From NCBI GenBank assembly GCA_049322675.1, contig JBMORM010000014.1, positions 15,896 through 79,895 on the forward strand: a DNA stretch of 64,000 bases, written 5' to 3'. Under the pieces are notes generated by a model. It saw only the letters and a program-made list of their open reading frames with translations, did not search any database and had not been told where the DNA came from. Source of the DNA: Patescibacteria group bacterium (lineage in GTDB: Bacteria > Patescibacteriota > JAHJAL01). Positions 1 through 11,015 of the stretch are shown one piece after another. Each line of letters opens with the position of its first letter. The first letter of the stretch is position 1. The position numbers were made by a program, and so were the translations under genes.

Positions 1-742
1 TTTGATCCATTTCGGCTGATAAATATGTACCGTTCGAAGCAGAATTGTCATTTTTAATCTCACCTATAGATGAAAAATAATTTCCACCTTCGTAAATACC
101 AGAATAACCGGGATGAGGTAAAATTTCGTCAGTAAAATCTATTTGGCAATCATCTGTATCTATTTCAATTGGATTTCTGGAAATTGAATGACCTAAACTC
201 ACTCCAGGATGTTTAATTACGTTACTATATGTGCCATTTTCAAACACAACTGCGTCCACTACGTTATCTTCACCATCAATCAATATTACTTCGTCTCCAG
301 TATTTGTTAGACTTAGTGTTCCTGTTCCCCAAACAGAATATTTGGTCATATCGACTGTTTGAGAAAAATCACCAATTTCGTCATCTATTGAAGTCATCTC
401 AAAATCTGGATATTTTTGGTACAACTCATAAAATCCACTGGCACTTTTCGCAATCACTTTCTGTTCCAAACTGGCGATATGTGATCCGGCCGGAAACTGA
501 AACATGCCTTCATTGCCACCTTGGGTCTCTTCATCTCCAATTTTGTAATTGGACAGATCAATTGAAATTGGCGTTGGATTGTATATCTCAATCCACTCCT
601 CAATATTGTCGTCCCCGATTGTGTCGTAATAAACCTCCGAAATCAACAAGTGATTGCCCTCGGCTCTTGTCGCGGATAAATTTACCCACGGAAACAAACT
701 CAGTAACATAATTCCCAGGATAATTTTGCAGTCTCTTTTCAT
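1..742 (-). CDS. secreted lamin-tail-domain (LTD) protein, N-terminal 247 codons; ORF runs off the window start
   Basis: Manual minus-strand translation: ATG at 742 with AAGGAG 5 nt upstream; MKRDCKIILGIMLLSLFPWVNLSATRA signal peptide, then GNHLLISEVYYD..EEWIEIYNPT..FQFPAGSHIA..GDEVILIDGEDNVVDAVVF, matching the LTD pattern; open reading frame continues to position 1. Absent from the ORF track because there is no stop inside the window; listed ORF 229..711(+) is its antisense shadow. Confidence 0.6.
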   Translation of the reverse strand, partial: MKRDCKIILGIMLLSLFPWVNLSATRAEGNHLLISEVYYDTIGDDNIEEWIEIYNPTPISIDLSNYKIGDEETQGGNEGMFQFPAGSHIASLEQKVIAKSASGFYELYQKYPDFEMTSIDDEIGDFSQTVDMTKYSVWGTGTLSLTNTGDEVILIDGEDNVVDAVVFENGTYSNVIKHPGVSLGHSISRNPIEIDTDDCQIDFTDEILPHPGYSGIYEGGNYFSSIGEIKNDNSASNGTYLSAEMDQ

Positions 743-850
743 TCATACTCCTTTTGTAAAACAAATAATTTATTTAAATTTTACAAAATCAATCTTAAAT
801 CGTAGTTATGAAAAGATTATTTTTGTCTAAATAATTTATTAATTTCAAAT

Positions 851-877
851 AAAAAAAGCCAGCTATCAAAGCTGGCT
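851..877 (-). terminator. rho-independent terminator for the 903..2378 minus-strand gene
   Basis: 8-bp stem AGCCAGCT/AGCTGGCT (857-864/870-877) with a 5-nt loop; A7 at 851-857 reads as T7 after the hairpin on the minus strand. Confidence 0.55.
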
Positions 878-902
878 CTAAAAATTATCATTTGAAGAAA
901 AC

Positions 903-2378
903 TTATATCGTTGGTTTAGTCAAATCAGTGCTTTCTGATTCCTCACTAGTTAATATCGTCTGCTCTCCGTCCGTATGAGTTATGATGATTTTATAATTAT
1001 CTTTATCTACCCATTGATAATACAAACCGCATTTACTCGTTGGCGTATTTATTTCCCCACATTCGTCCAAACTCATTTTTTTATCCAGAATTCTCTCCTC
1101 TCCTGTCCACAAAGCATCAATTTTTTCCGTATAAGGATAAAAGCCTTTAACGGTATAAAATGTTTCCAAAGCGGTTTGTAAATTTTCTGCCGTCGTATCT
1201 AATTTGTTGTCACTTACGCTTTTTGTTTTTGGCAAACCTGTGTCAAATGTCGGGACGGGTGTCAAGTCCTCCTCTTCAAGATTGGTCCTCATCTCCTCTT
1301 CAATGCTGTTCAAATTAGTCAGAGGGGTTTTTAATTTGTCCAATGTAAACCATATTGCGTAGCCAGCAAACAATATTATCATCAAAATAATTAGCAAAAA
1401 TATCGCGGGGGCTCCATTATAGAGCCATTTTTGCGTTGTGGACAATACAGTTTCCGGTAACGATCCTTTTATTTCTTTAAGATTCTTATAAATCAGATAC
1501 TGATAATTGTAACTAAAGGTCAATACCAAGGTAGTAATTACAAACGTGACAAGTCTATCAATAATATTTAATACCAAAGACAAAATTGTATTATCACCGG
1601 AAAGAGCTGACAATATGCCAAATAATATACTCGTAACAAGGTTGACGATCGCAATCACAATAATAGAAACAATAACCAATAATACAATCCGCGCAAATAC
1701 ATCCCACCAGTATCCTTCAACATATTTCTTTGATCTGGCGACTGCTCGAGCTCCGGTAATATTTTCTGAGAATAAAATAAATTCTGCATAATTAAACCAG
1801 ACTGCAAAAATTATTCCAGGAATAACCAATAATATTGATCCACCGAAAATCGCTGCCCCGACTATTAACCCTATCCACCAGTATTGGAATAATTTACTCC
1901 ACCCATCTTTATAGCTACTAAAAAATCCCTTTGATTCAACGCAATTTACTTCTGCTATCATAGCCGCATAAGACCATATTTGAAAAAATGATAATATAAA
2001 CGACGCAGAAACCACGGTGACAAAAATCATAACAAATGAACCGCCTATCAAAGTGGAAGATGATAAAAAGGCTTGCATTTTTTCCAATGCTAGACTGGTG
2101 TCATTGTCGGTAATAACAGCAATCAAACCGGCAGCCCCAAACATAATCATCAAAAGAGTAACAACGATCATAACGTTGATTGCTGCCGGCACCAATTGGA
2201 TCAAAAATATCGTCAAAAATTTTTTCAGAGTTAGCTGCCAGGACTGACTAAACAAATCCCCGATCGAACGCAGACTTTTTGTTGGCATTGATCCGGGAGT
2301 TTGATTTGTTGGGATAGTCGCACTCGTATTAATATTATTTCCCCATCCATTCATCTGCCCCTCATTTGTTTGTTCCAT
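903..2378 (-). CDS. polytopic membrane protein with a hydrophilic C-terminal domain, function unknown
   Basis: 491-aa ORF; about 8 hydrophobic segments (e.g. IFLIQLVPAAINVMIVVTLLMIMFGAAGLIAV, LLVIVSIIVIAIVNLVTSILFGIL); ATG at 2378 with AAGAAGGGA upstream; no family motif recognised. Confidence 0.6.
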   Translation of the reverse strand: MEQTNEGQMNGWGNNINTSATIPTNQTPGSMPTKSLRSIGDLFSQSWQLTLKKFLTIFLIQLVPAAINVMIVVTLLMIMFGAAGLIAVITDNDTSLALEKMQAFLSSSTLIGGSFVMIFVTVVSASFILSFFQIWSYAAMIAEVNCVESKGFFSSYKDGWSKLFQYWWIGLIVGAAIFGGSILLVIPGIIFAVWFNYAEFILFSENITGARAVARSKKYVEGYWWDVFARIVLLVIVSIIVIAIVNLVTSILFGILSALSGDNTILSLVLNIIDRLVTFVITTLVLTFSYNYQYLIYKNLKEIKGSLPETVLSTTQKWLYNGAPAIFLLIILMIILFAGYAIWFTLDKLKTPLTNLNSIEEEMRTNLEEEDLTPVPTFDTGLPKTKSVSDNKLDTTAENLQTALETFYTVKGFYPYTEKIDALWTGEERILDKKMSLDECGEINTPTSKCGLYYQWVDKDNYKIIITHTDGEQTILTSEESESTDLTKPTI

Positions 2379-3515
2379 TTTTCCCTTCTTTTTTAGCCTA
2401 ATTAATATTTATTAAGATCAGTCTATCAATTTAAATTTTCAATTTCCAATTCTCAATTCTCTAATAAAGCAAATTAATTATCGAAAATTACGTCAGTATT
2501 TATTTGAAAATTGGGCATTGGGAATTTTTTGAAAATTGAAAATTGGAAATTGAAAATTGCCTCATGGGCATAAAAATAAGACCGCTGGCAAATGCGCCCT
2601 TCTTTATTAAAAAAATTTGGCGGCCTAGCGGTCTCATTGACCTCTTCGTAGCCTCCTTAACCCTTAACACAATGGTTGAAAGCTAGGGATAACTATATGA
2701 AAAGGCGTCTTTTTATCTTCCCTGCCGGTTAAATAAAAAGAAATTTTCAAACTGTTCTTCCGGCTTCCATGATACATCTCCAAAATCAAAACATAATTAT
2801 TATATTTGTCAAGGCAAGAAGATTCAAAACCCCACAAATATTTTTTGATTTCCAAGATGTACCATGGTTGCCCGCTCATCCGAAAATGAACCAGGTAGGC
2901 AGGTACCTTTCACCGAACAGTAAGAAAATCTAAAAACTAAGATTTTTGTTTTTGTTTTTTTGTCCTACCTCGTCGAAAGTCCATATTTATAAATAATTGG
3001 ACGACTTGGTAAAACATTTAGCCCCCTATATAAAAGATAGAAGACCTTCTCTTAGTTCTTAGATTCTCTTACCATTGCGGTGCTTTTTTTCGAACAGTTA
3101 TAAATTGTTAAAGTTTTATTTTTCTTTTGTTGTTTCTTTTGTCTGTTTTTTTGTTTTCATTACAATATAACAAACCATGTAAAATAAGTCAATAATATCT
3201 ATCAAACATAAAAAGAAAAACAACTTGAAAATTATCTCTGGGTGAGAAAAAACACAAAATAATATTCAAAAAAATAATCCAAGTTTTCCACAAGAACAAA
3301 ATATATACTTCCCCAAAAAAAATTTCGGTTTGACTTATTTTTTTATGACTGTTAAAATTAAAATAATCTTTTCAATCCAGGCGGCAAAATTATTAAAGAT
3401 TTAATCTTGCTCACCACATCAAAAATCAGTTCGTGACTATTTTTTAATTAAACCTCTTAAGATAATAAGAGTACATTATTATTTTTTTGTACTCGAAAAA
3501 TGGGGAGTTATTTTT
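2379..3515. other. 1.1-kb noncoding region upstream of rpoB with heptad repeat arrays and long imperfect hairpins
   Basis: No ORF of 60 aa or more on either strand; GAAAATT/GGAAATT arrays at 2429-2462 and 2531-2558; 10-bp stem GACCGCTGGC/GGCGGCCTAGCGGTC around 2590-2640; extended imperfect inverted repeat 2915-3090 ending GCGGTGCTTTTTTT; hairpin GAGTACA..TGTACTC plus GGGGAG immediately before the rpoB ATG. Confidence 0.5.
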
Positions 3516-6500
3516 ATGGCAAAAAAAATTAATCCTCCTGGACCATCCGATGTCCAACGAGTTTATTTTGGTAGTAGAAGACAATGGATCGATTTACCCG
3601 ATCTAAATACCATGCAAATAAACTCTTACAATTGGTTCTTTCAGGAAGGATTGCGTGAATTATTCGACGAAATCACTCCAATCGATGATTTCACCGGCAA
3701 AACCTTGTCTCTACAATTTGGCGATTACTATCTAGACCAACCAAAACATGATGAACACGCCTGTCGTGAAAGAAATTTTACCTACAAATCTGCCCTACGT
3801 TGTCAGGTTTCTCTTATCAATAAAGAAACCGGCGAGATTAAAGAGCAAGAAGTTTTCATGGGTGATTTTCCGCTCATGACTTCATCCGGTAGTTTTATTA
3901 TTAACGGTATCGAAAGAGTAGTCGTTTCACAGATAATCCGTTCACCAGGCGTTCTTTTTACATCTGAACGTTCGGCCGGTATCGAATATTTTGGCGCAAA
4001 AATTATTCCTGATCGCGGAGCTTGGTTGGAATTGGAAACCAACAATAAAAACATCATCTATGTCAAAATTGACCGCAAACGAAAAATACCCGTTACCACT
4101 CTTTTGCGTGCTTTTGGTCTTTCTTCGGATCAAGAGATAATCGATACCTTTAAAGATGTAAATAATAATCCCGATCGTAATTATATTAATGCTACTTTGA
4201 CCAAAGATCCCGCTGACAACACTCAAGAAGGTCTGTTGGAAGTGTATAAGAGAATCAGACCCGGAGATTTGGCTACGGCCGAAAATGCTCAGACACTGAT
4301 CGAAGATATGTTTTTCAATTTTCGCCGCTATGATTTTGGCAAAGTTGGACGCTACAAAATCAACAAACGCCTAGAATTGGATATTCCTCAGGACAAACAA
4401 CATCGCACTATCACTCTCAAAGATTTGGTGGCTGTAGTTAAAGAAGTTATTAATCTCAATAATATCGGCGGTCCTGCTGACGATATCGATAATCTCAAAA
4501 ACCGTCGTGTTCGTTCAGTCGGCGAATTGGCTCAAAAAGCCTTGCGAGTCGGTTTGTTGCGTATGGAAAGAATCGTAAAAGATCGTATGAGTGTTTCCGA
4601 CATCAATACAGTTACTCCTTCCGCCCTGATCAATGTTCGTCCACTTACCGCCGCTTTACAAGAATTTTTTGCCAGCTCTCAATTCTCTCATTTTATGGAT
4701 CAAACCAATCCCCTGGCTGAACTAGAAAACAAACGCCGTATTACCGCTATGGGTCCCGGTGGTCTATCCAGAGAAAGAGCCGGCTTTGAAGTACGCGACG
4801 TTCATCATTCGCACTATGGTCGCCTCTGTCCGATTGAAACTCCTGAAGGCTCCAATATTGGTCTCGTCAGTCATTTGGCATGTTTTGCTTCTATCAACGA
4901 ATATGGATTCATTGTTACTCCCTATCATCCAGTCATTAGAGAACTGGAAAATAAGGCCGATCTTATTTATGGTCAAATCACCCGTGGCGACATTGTCGAT
5001 CCCAAAAATGAAAAAGTAGTCGTGCCTGACAATACCAAAATCACCAAAGAACTGGCCGCAAAAATTTCCAAACTTGATTTATCCAAGATACCGATCAAAC
5101 CACAAGTAAAACAAGAAGTATTATACCTAGATGCCCAAGAAGAAGAAAACTTTGTTATTGCTCAAGCCGATATCTTGTTGGATGAAGAAAATCGTTTCGT
5201 TGATGACATAATTGCGGCTAGAGCCAAAGGTGAACCTGATTATGTTCCCCAAGAACAAATCGACTACATAAGCGTTTCTCCCAAACAAATTTTTTCTGTG
5301 GCTACTTCCCTAATTCCGTTTGTAGAAAATGATGAAGGTGTGCGCGCTTCAATGGGATCAAACATGTTGCGACAAGCTGTCAGCCTTGTTAAACCTCAAA
5401 CCCCGGTTGTCGGCACCGGTATCGAAGAAAAAGCCGCTTTGGATTCGGGTGAAATAGTTGTCGCCGAAGATGACGGAGAAGTAATTTCCGCGGCCGGAAA
5501 CGAATTGACTCTTCAGTACAAAAACAAACAACTCAAAACATACCCTCTTCGCAAATTTGTTAAATCAAACCAAGGCACCTGCATCAATCAACGAATTGTA
5601 GTTGAAAAAGACGAAAAAGTTAAAAAAGGTCAACTGTTGGTTGACGGCACCTCAACTGATCATGGTGAATTGGCTTTAGGACAAAATATTATGGTCGCAT
5701 TTATGCCCTGGGGCGGCTACAACTTCCAAGATGCAGTTATTATTTCCGAGCGACTTGTTCATGAAGATCGTTATTCTTCAATTCATATCGAAACCCATTT
5801 GATCGAAGTTCGGGAAACCAAACTTGGCCCCGAAGTTATTACACGCGATATTCCCAATGTTGGTGAAGAAGCTCTAAAAAATCTGGACGGAGACGGTATT
5901 ATTCGTTTAGGCGCCGAAGTAACTACTGGCGATATTCTCGTTGGTAAAATCACTCCCAAAGGTGAAAGCGAATTAACCGCCGAAGAAAAACTCTTGCGAG
6001 CTATCTTTGGTGAAAAAGCGCGCGACGTCAAAGACACTTCCTTGCGACTACCTCATGGTGAACGTGGAAAAATAGTTAATATCAAAGTTTTTACCAGAGA
6101 TAAAGGTGATGAACTGGCAACTGGAGTTATTAAAGCCATCGAAGTTAGCGTTGCTCAACTCCGTAAAATTTCCGTTGGTGACAAAATGGCCGGTCGTCAC
6201 GGTAACAAAGGTGTCATTTCCCGAGTACTTCCAGTCGAAGATATGCCGTATATGCCTGACGGTACTCCTGTTGATATTATTCTCAACCCCCTTGGTGTTA
6301 TTTCACGTATCAATTTGGGTCAGGTCTTAGAAACTCACCTCGGTTGGGCTGCCAAAACTCTAGGTTACAAAGTAGCCTGTCCTGTATTTGAAGGGGCATC
6401 ATGGGAAGAAATAAAAAAAGAATTAATCAAAGCCGAATTACCCGGTTCCGGCAAAATAACTCTGTATGATGGTCGTAGCGGTGAAGCATTTGATCAAGAT

Positions 6501-6875
6501 GTCACCGTCGGTTGTGTTTATATGATGAAACTACATCATCTTGTTGAAGACAAAATGCATGCCCGTTCAATCGGTCCTTATTCCATGATTACTCAACAAC
6601 CTCTTGGCGGTAAAGCCCAATTTGGCGGACAACGTTTTGGTGAAATGGAAGTCTGGGCATTGCAAGCCTATGGAGCAGCTCACACCCTTCAAGAAATGAT
6701 TACTATCAAATCAGATGACGTTATTGGCCGCTCAAAAGCATACGAATCAATAATTAAAGGCGAAGATATAAAAAAACCTACTACCCCGGAATCCTTCAAC
6801 GTCTTGCGCCGTGAATTACAAGGTTTAGGTTTAAAAATTGACCTTATTGATTCCGACAAATCAACTGAAGAATAG
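3516..6875 (+). CDS. rpoB: DNA-directed RNA polymerase subunit beta
   Basis: 1119 aa; conserved RpoB blocks (e.g. GDKMAGRHGNKGVIS, MPYMPDGTPVDIILNPLGV, FGGQRFGEMEVWAL). Confidence 0.97.
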   Translation: MAKKINPPGPSDVQRVYFGSRRQWIDLPDLNTMQINSYNWFFQEGLRELFDEITPIDDFTGKTLSLQFGDYYLDQPKHDEHACRERNFTYKSALRCQVSLINKETGEIKEQEVFMGDFPLMTSSGSFIINGIERVVVSQIIRSPGVLFTSERSAGIEYFGAKIIPDRGAWLELETNNKNIIYVKIDRKRKIPVTTLLRAFGLSSDQEIIDTFKDVNNNPDRNYINATLTKDPADNTQEGLLEVYKRIRPGDLATAENAQTLIEDMFFNFRRYDFGKVGRYKINKRLELDIPQDKQHRTITLKDLVAVVKEVINLNNIGGPADDIDNLKNRRVRSVGELAQKALRVGLLRMERIVKDRMSVSDINTVTPSALINVRPLTAALQEFFASSQFSHFMDQTNPLAELENKRRITAMGPGGLSRERAGFEVRDVHHSHYGRLCPIETPEGSNIGLVSHLACFASINEYGFIVTPYHPVIRELENKADLIYGQITRGDIVDPKNEKVVVPDNTKITKELAAKISKLDLSKIPIKPQVKQEVLYLDAQEEENFVIAQADILLDEENRFVDDIIAARAKGEPDYVPQEQIDYISVSPKQIFSVATSLIPFVENDEGVRASMGSNMLRQAVSLVKPQTPVVGTGIEEKAALDSGEIVVAEDDGEVISAAGNELTLQYKNKQLKTYPLRKFVKSNQGTCINQRIVVEKDEKVKKGQLLVDGTSTDHGELALGQNIMVAFMPWGGYNFQDAVIISERLVHEDRYSSIHIETHLIEVRETKLGPEVITRDIPNVGEEALKNLDGDGIIRLGAEVTTGDILVGKITPKGESELTAEEKLLRAIFGEKARDVKDTSLRLPHGERGKIVNIKVFTRDKGDELATGVIKAIEVSVAQLRKISVGDKMAGRHGNKGVISRVLPVEDMPYMPDGTPVDIILNPLGVISRINLGQVLETHLGWAAKTLGYKVACPVFEGASWEEIKKELIKAELPGSGKITLYDGRSGEAFDQDVTVGCVYMMKLHHLVEDKMHARSIGPYSMITQQPLGGKAQFGGQRFGEMEVWALQAYGAAHTLQEMITIKSDDVIGRSKAYESIIKGEDIKKPTTPESFNVLRRELQGLGLKIDLIDSDKSTEE

Positions 6876-6896
6876 TTCTGAAAGTTATAAAAAGTT

Positions 6897-6958
6897 ATAA
6901 AGTTGAAAATTATAAAGCACAGTATTGTCGATTCGTTTTATTGAATTTTCAACTTTAT
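6897..6958. repeat. perfect 15-bp AT-rich inverted repeat (ATAAAGTTGAAAATT) forming a stem-loop between rpoB and rpoC
   Basis: 6897-6911 ATAAAGTTGAAAATT and 6944-6958 AATTTTCAACTTTAT are exact reverse complements separated by 32 nt; similar palindromes follow rpsL and fusA. Confidence 0.6.
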
Positions 6959-7022
6959 CGACCTTTTAACTTTTAAACTGAAGGTTATTAATATTTTAAT
7001 TATTAATTCTTAATTTATATAT

Positions 7023-10000
7023 ATGTCTGATAGCAAGACTATTAATCAAAACAAAGGTCAAAACAGTCAACCCAACTTTGACCGGATTAAAATCTCCATC
7101 GCCTCACCAGAAGACATCAAATATTGGTCTTATGGCGAAGTCTTGAAACCGGAAACCATAAACTATCGTACGCAAAAACCAGAAAAAGATGGTCTGTTTG
7201 CCGAAAATATTTTTGGTCCGACCAAAGACTGGGAATGCTACTGCGGTAAATACAAAAAAATTCGTTACAAAGGTATTGTGTGCGACAAATGCGGAGTGGA
7301 AGTAACCCGCTCGCTTGTTCGTCGTCAAAGATTAGGTCATATTTCTCTGGCAGTTCCTGTTGCTCATATCTGGTATCTTCGCGGATCCCCGTGTGTTACC
7401 GGCTTGTTATTAAATATTACCAGTCGCAATTTAGAAAGGGTAATTTATTTTGCCTCCTACATTGTTATTGAAGTAAACGAGGAAGTTCGCCAGGAAATAA
7501 TGGGTAAATTGACTGCCGAATTTGATCAGTACAAAAAGCAGCTCAAAAAAGAATTGGCCAAAAGCCTTGACGATTTGAATCAAGCCAAAGACCAAGCCCT
7601 TTCAACCGCCCCCAATGATCAGAAAAAAGATATCAATGAACACTACGAACGGGAAATCGCAAAAGCCAGCCAACAAAGCGCCCATAAGTTAGAAAATTTA
7701 AAAAATACTTTCAATAAGGCTCTCGATGAAGTCGGCAAACTTACTCCGTATCAAATCATCTCCGAAAAAAAATATCGTATGCTTTCCATGCGCTATGGCC
7801 AGATTATTCGTGCCGGTATTGGCGCCGAAGCGATTTTCGAACTTCTTTCCAAAATCGATATCAATGAACAAATCAAATTAATTCTTGAAGAATTAACAAC
7901 GGCATCATCTCAACGCCGTCGCAAATTACTAAAAAAATTACGCCTGCTCAAAAATCTCAACAAAGCCAATATTAGGCCTGAATGGATGATTCTCAAAGAA
8001 CTTCCGGTTATTCCGCCTGACCTTAGACCAATGGTGCAACTTGATGGTGGGCGTTTCGCTTCATCCGATCTCAATGATCTATATCGCCGTGTTATCAACC
8101 GCAACAATCGATTGAAAAAATTAATCGATCTCGGTGCTCCAGAAATTATTTGTCGCAACGAAAAAAGAATGCTTCAAGAAGCGGTTGATGTCTTGGTTGA
8201 CAATACTCCTCGCCGTGGCAAAAGTGCGGTTCTTACAAGCAATCGTCGCAAGTACAAATCTCTTTCCGATATGCTCAAAGGCAAACAAGGACGTTTCCGC
8301 CAAAATTTGCTTGGTAAACGCGTGGACTATTCTGGCCGTTCAGTTATCGTCGTTGGACCGGATCTAAATTTGAACCAATGCGGTTTGCCCAAAAAAATCG
8401 CTCTCGAATTGTACAAACCATATATTATTCATGGCCTTATCGATCGTGGTTACGCGCACAATATAAAAAATGCTGGCAAAATCATCGAACGCAAGGATCC
8501 TGAAATTTGGGATATTTTGGAAGAATCGGTCAACAACTCATATGTTTTGCTAAACCGCGCCCCCACTCTTCATCGTCTTGGTATTCAAGCTTTCAAACCG
8601 GTGTTAATCGAAGGAAAAGCCATTCAGATTCCACCTCTGGTCTGTCAGGCTTACAATGCTGATTTTGACGGTGATCAGATGGCAGTTCATCTTCCCTTAT
8701 CCAAAATGGCCCAAGAAGAATCAGCTGCTTTCATGAATGCCAGTAAAAACTTGTTGAAACCGGCCGACGGCGAACCAATAGTCGCCCCCGCCCAAGATAT
8801 GATTCTTGGTTGCTATTATTTAACCGTTGAAATACCGGGCCGTATTGGTGAAGGAAAATATTTTACCTCACTTGAAGAAGCCATCATGGCTTACAGTCAG
8901 AAATGCCTGGATTTGCACTCCCCTGTTCATATTCGACTGGGCGACAAGTTGATCAAGACCACAGTTGGTCGCGCAATTTTCAATTCTATTTTTCCGTCAG
9001 AAATGGAATACCACAATAAAACTTTTATTAAAGGCGATCTAGAAAATATAATTAAAAAAAGTTTTGAAGTTTGCGGATTGGAAAAGACATCAATCTTCGT
9101 TGATAAAATAATGCAAATCGGTTTTTATTATGCCACCAAATCTGGTATCACTTTCTCGGTTGACGACATCAATATTCCCCTGGAAAAAAACGAAGTGATC
9201 GAAAACACCGAAAACATCGTCAATGAATCTTTAAATCAATACTTCCAGGGTTTGATTACCAAGAAAGAACACAAACAAAAATTGATCGAATCTTGGTTGG
9301 ATTCCATCGGACAACTCAACAACATCATCAAAGATCACATGACTCCGTCCAATCCTTTGCATGCCTGCGTCTTATCCAAGGCTCGTGGTAATATTTCTCA
9401 ATTTGGTCAGATGGCCGGTCTAAAAGGTCTGGTTTCCAACCCCGCCGGTGAAATCATCGAACTACCTATCAAATCCAACTTCACCGAAGGTTTGTCCGAA
9501 TTGGAATATTTTATCTCTACTCACGGCTCCAGAAAAGGTAAAACCGACACCGCTTTAAAAACTGCCGACGCCGGTTATCTTACCCGTCGTTTAGTAGATG
9601 TTTCCCAAGATATGATCACTACCGCTGAAGATTGCGGTGCCACCGAAGGTATTTCCTACTCCCGTTCGGAAATTGACAAAGAGCAAGAGGAATTTACTAA
9701 AAAAATCATCGGTCGCTATCCGACAGTTGATATTCTTGATCCTGATACCAAAGAAATCATCGTTGATTCCAATACTTTGATCACTGACGTTACCGCCAAA
9801 CAAATAATTACCAACCCCAAAATTGCCAATGTTTCTGTTCGATCTACTCTTTACTGTCGCAATATCTGGGGAATATGTACCAAATGTTATGGTGCCGACT
9901 TGACTACCAATCAATCAATAAAGTTTGGTGAAGCTATCGGTATTATCGCGGCTCAATCAATCGGAGAACCAGGAACTCAACTTTCGATGCGTACTTATCA

Positions 10001-10937
10001 TACCGGCGGTGTAGCCGTTGTGGCTGATATTACCCAAGGTCTGCCTCGCGTCGAAGAATTATTCGAAGCGCGCATTCCTCATAGCCCGGCAATATTGGCT
10101 GAATTTTCTGGTAAGGTAACTATCACCGAAAAAGACAAAAGTGTAGTTATTACAATCTCATCCAGCAATGTTATCGATGAGGAATACAGCATTTACCCCA
10201 ATACTACCTTCAAGGTTGAAAATCTAGACAAAGTTTCGGACAACCAAATATTGGCTATTCTACCTGATCAAACTGAAATCCGTTCTCGTTTCCGAGGAGT
10301 TGTAACTATTACGACTGACAAAATAATCGTCAAACATCCGGGCAAAATTGCCAAAGATTTCCCAATTCCTCCGCACCTACCTATTATCGTCAACGATGGT
10401 CAGGACGTTGAACAAGGTGATCCATTAACCGAAGGACATTTTAATCTCGCTGAACTTCTTCGTTTGAAAGGGGATTTGGCTGTCAAAAAATATTTGATTG
10501 CTGAAATTCAAAAGACTTACATGTACGTCGGTTCCACTATTCACGACAAACATCTCGAAGTGATTATTCGTCAAATGTTCTCCAAGGTCCGCATCACCGA
10601 TCCTTGCGATTCCGACTTCTTGCCTCGTGAAATTATCGACCGCTACCACCTGCAAAAAACCAACGATGTCTTGGTTGCCGACAAGAAAAATCCGGCCAAG
10701 TTTGAAAATATCATCATGGGTATTACCAAAGTTTCCTTAAAAACCGACAGTTTCCTATCTGCTGCCTCCTTTCAAGAAACCACTGGAGTTTTGCTCAATG
10801 CGGCCATCCAAGGGAAAATGGATTACCTGCGCGGCTTAAAAGAAAACACTATTATTGGTAAGTTGATCCCTACCGGTACCGGCTTCTCTCCCGAACGCTA
10901 CCAAAAAATCATGGCTGCCTTGTCAGAGGAAAAATAA
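7023..10937 (+). CDS. rpoC: DNA-directed RNA polymerase subunit beta'
   Basis: 1304 aa; zinc-binding [32 protein letters not shown] catalytic motif; ~190-aa Lys/Glu-rich lineage-specific insertion around residues 140-330. Confidence 0.97.
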   Translation: MSDSKTINQNKGQNSQPNFDRIKISIASPEDIKYWSYGEVLKPETINYRTQKPEKDGLFAENIFGPTKDWECYCGKYKKIRYKGIVCDKCGVEVTRSLVRRQRLGHISLAVPVAHIWYLRGSPCVTGLLLNITSRNLERVIYFASYIVIEVNEEVRQEIMGKLTAEFDQYKKQLKKELAKSLDDLNQAKDQALSTAPNDQKKDINEHYEREIAKASQQSAHKLENLKNTFNKALDEVGKLTPYQIISEKKYRMLSMRYGQIIRAGIGAEAIFELLSKIDINEQIKLILEELTTASSQRRRKLLKKLRLLKNLNKANIRPEWMILKELPVIPPDLRPMVQLDGGRFASSDLNDLYRRVINRNNRLKKLIDLGAPEIICRNEKRMLQEAVDVLVDNTPRRGKSAVLTSNRRKYKSLSDMLKGKQGRFRQNLLGKRVDYSGRSVIVVGPDLNLNQCGLPKKIALELYKPYIIHGLIDRGYAHNIKNAGKIIERKDPEIWDILEESVNNSYVLLNRAPTLHRLGIQAFKPVLIEGKAIQIPPLVCQAYNADFDGDQMAVHLPLSKMAQEESAAFMNASKNLLKPADGEPIVAPAQDMILGCYYLTVEIPGRIGEGKYFTSLEEAIMAYSQKCLDLHSPVHIRLGDKLIKTTVGRAIFNSIFPSEMEYHNKTFIKGDLENIIKKSFEVCGLEKTSIFVDKIMQIGFYYATKSGITFSVDDINIPLEKNEVIENTENIVNESLNQYFQGLITKKEHKQKLIESWLDSIGQLNNIIKDHMTPSNPLHACVLSKARGNISQFGQMAGLKGLVSNPAGEIIELPIKSNFTEGLSELEYFISTHGSRKGKTDTALKTADAGYLTRRLVDVSQDMITTAEDCGATEGISYSRSEIDKEQEEFTKKIIGRYPTVDILDPDTKEIIVDSNTLITDVTAKQIITNPKIANVSVRSTLYCRNIWGICTKCYGADLTTNQSIKFGEAIGIIAAQSIGEPGTQLSMRTYHTGGVAVVADITQGLPRVEELFEARIPHSPAILAEFSGKVTITEKDKSVVITISSSNVIDEEYSIYPNTTFKVENLDKVSDNQILAILPDQTEIRSRFRGVVTITTDKIIVKHPGKIAKDFPIPPHLPIIVNDGQDVEQGDPLTEGHFNLAELLRLKGDLAVKKYLIAEIQKTYMYVGSTIHDKHLEVIIRQMFSKVRITDPCDSDFLPREIIDRYHLQKTNDVLVADKKNPAKFENIIMGITKVSLKTDSFLSAASFQETTGVLLNAAIQGKMDYLRGLKENTIIGKLIPTGTGFSPERYQKIMAALSEEK

Positions 10938-10973
10938 TAATTATTACTCAGACTTGATTGTTAAAATATTTTA

Positions 10974-11006
10974 AGCGCGGGCAAATAATTGACCCGCGCT
11001 TTTTTG
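10974..11006 (+). terminator. rho-independent terminator after rpoC
   Basis: AGCGCGGG (10974-10981), 11-nt loop, CCCGCGCT (10993-11000), then TTTTT. Confidence 0.7.
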
Positions 11007-11015
11007 AAAATTATT

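Noticed and set aside
229-711. 160-aa plus-strand ORF at the window start
   Set aside because: It lies antisense to a well-supported minus-strand LTD gene (signal peptide plus LTD motifs). It has no RBS and an implausible composition.
2900-3110. RNase P RNA upstream of rpoB
   Set aside because: A P4-like CGAAAGTCCA occurs on the plus strand but the GGTAAGAG-like P11/12 match is on the opposite strand. No ACAGAA..CGGCUUA partner was found, so it is kept only as a generic structured-region finding.
2379-3515. tRNA or tmRNA gene in the rpoB upstream region or next to the IS110 element
   Set aside because: No GTTCGAATCC/GGTTCGATTCC-type T-arm plus acceptor-stem pattern was found by eye in either region. 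A tRNAscan or Infernal search would be needed for certainty.
10989-11015. TTG start for the VanW-like ORF
   Set aside because: It would place the start codon inside the rpoC terminator stem. ATG 11016 downstream of the terminator is preferred.
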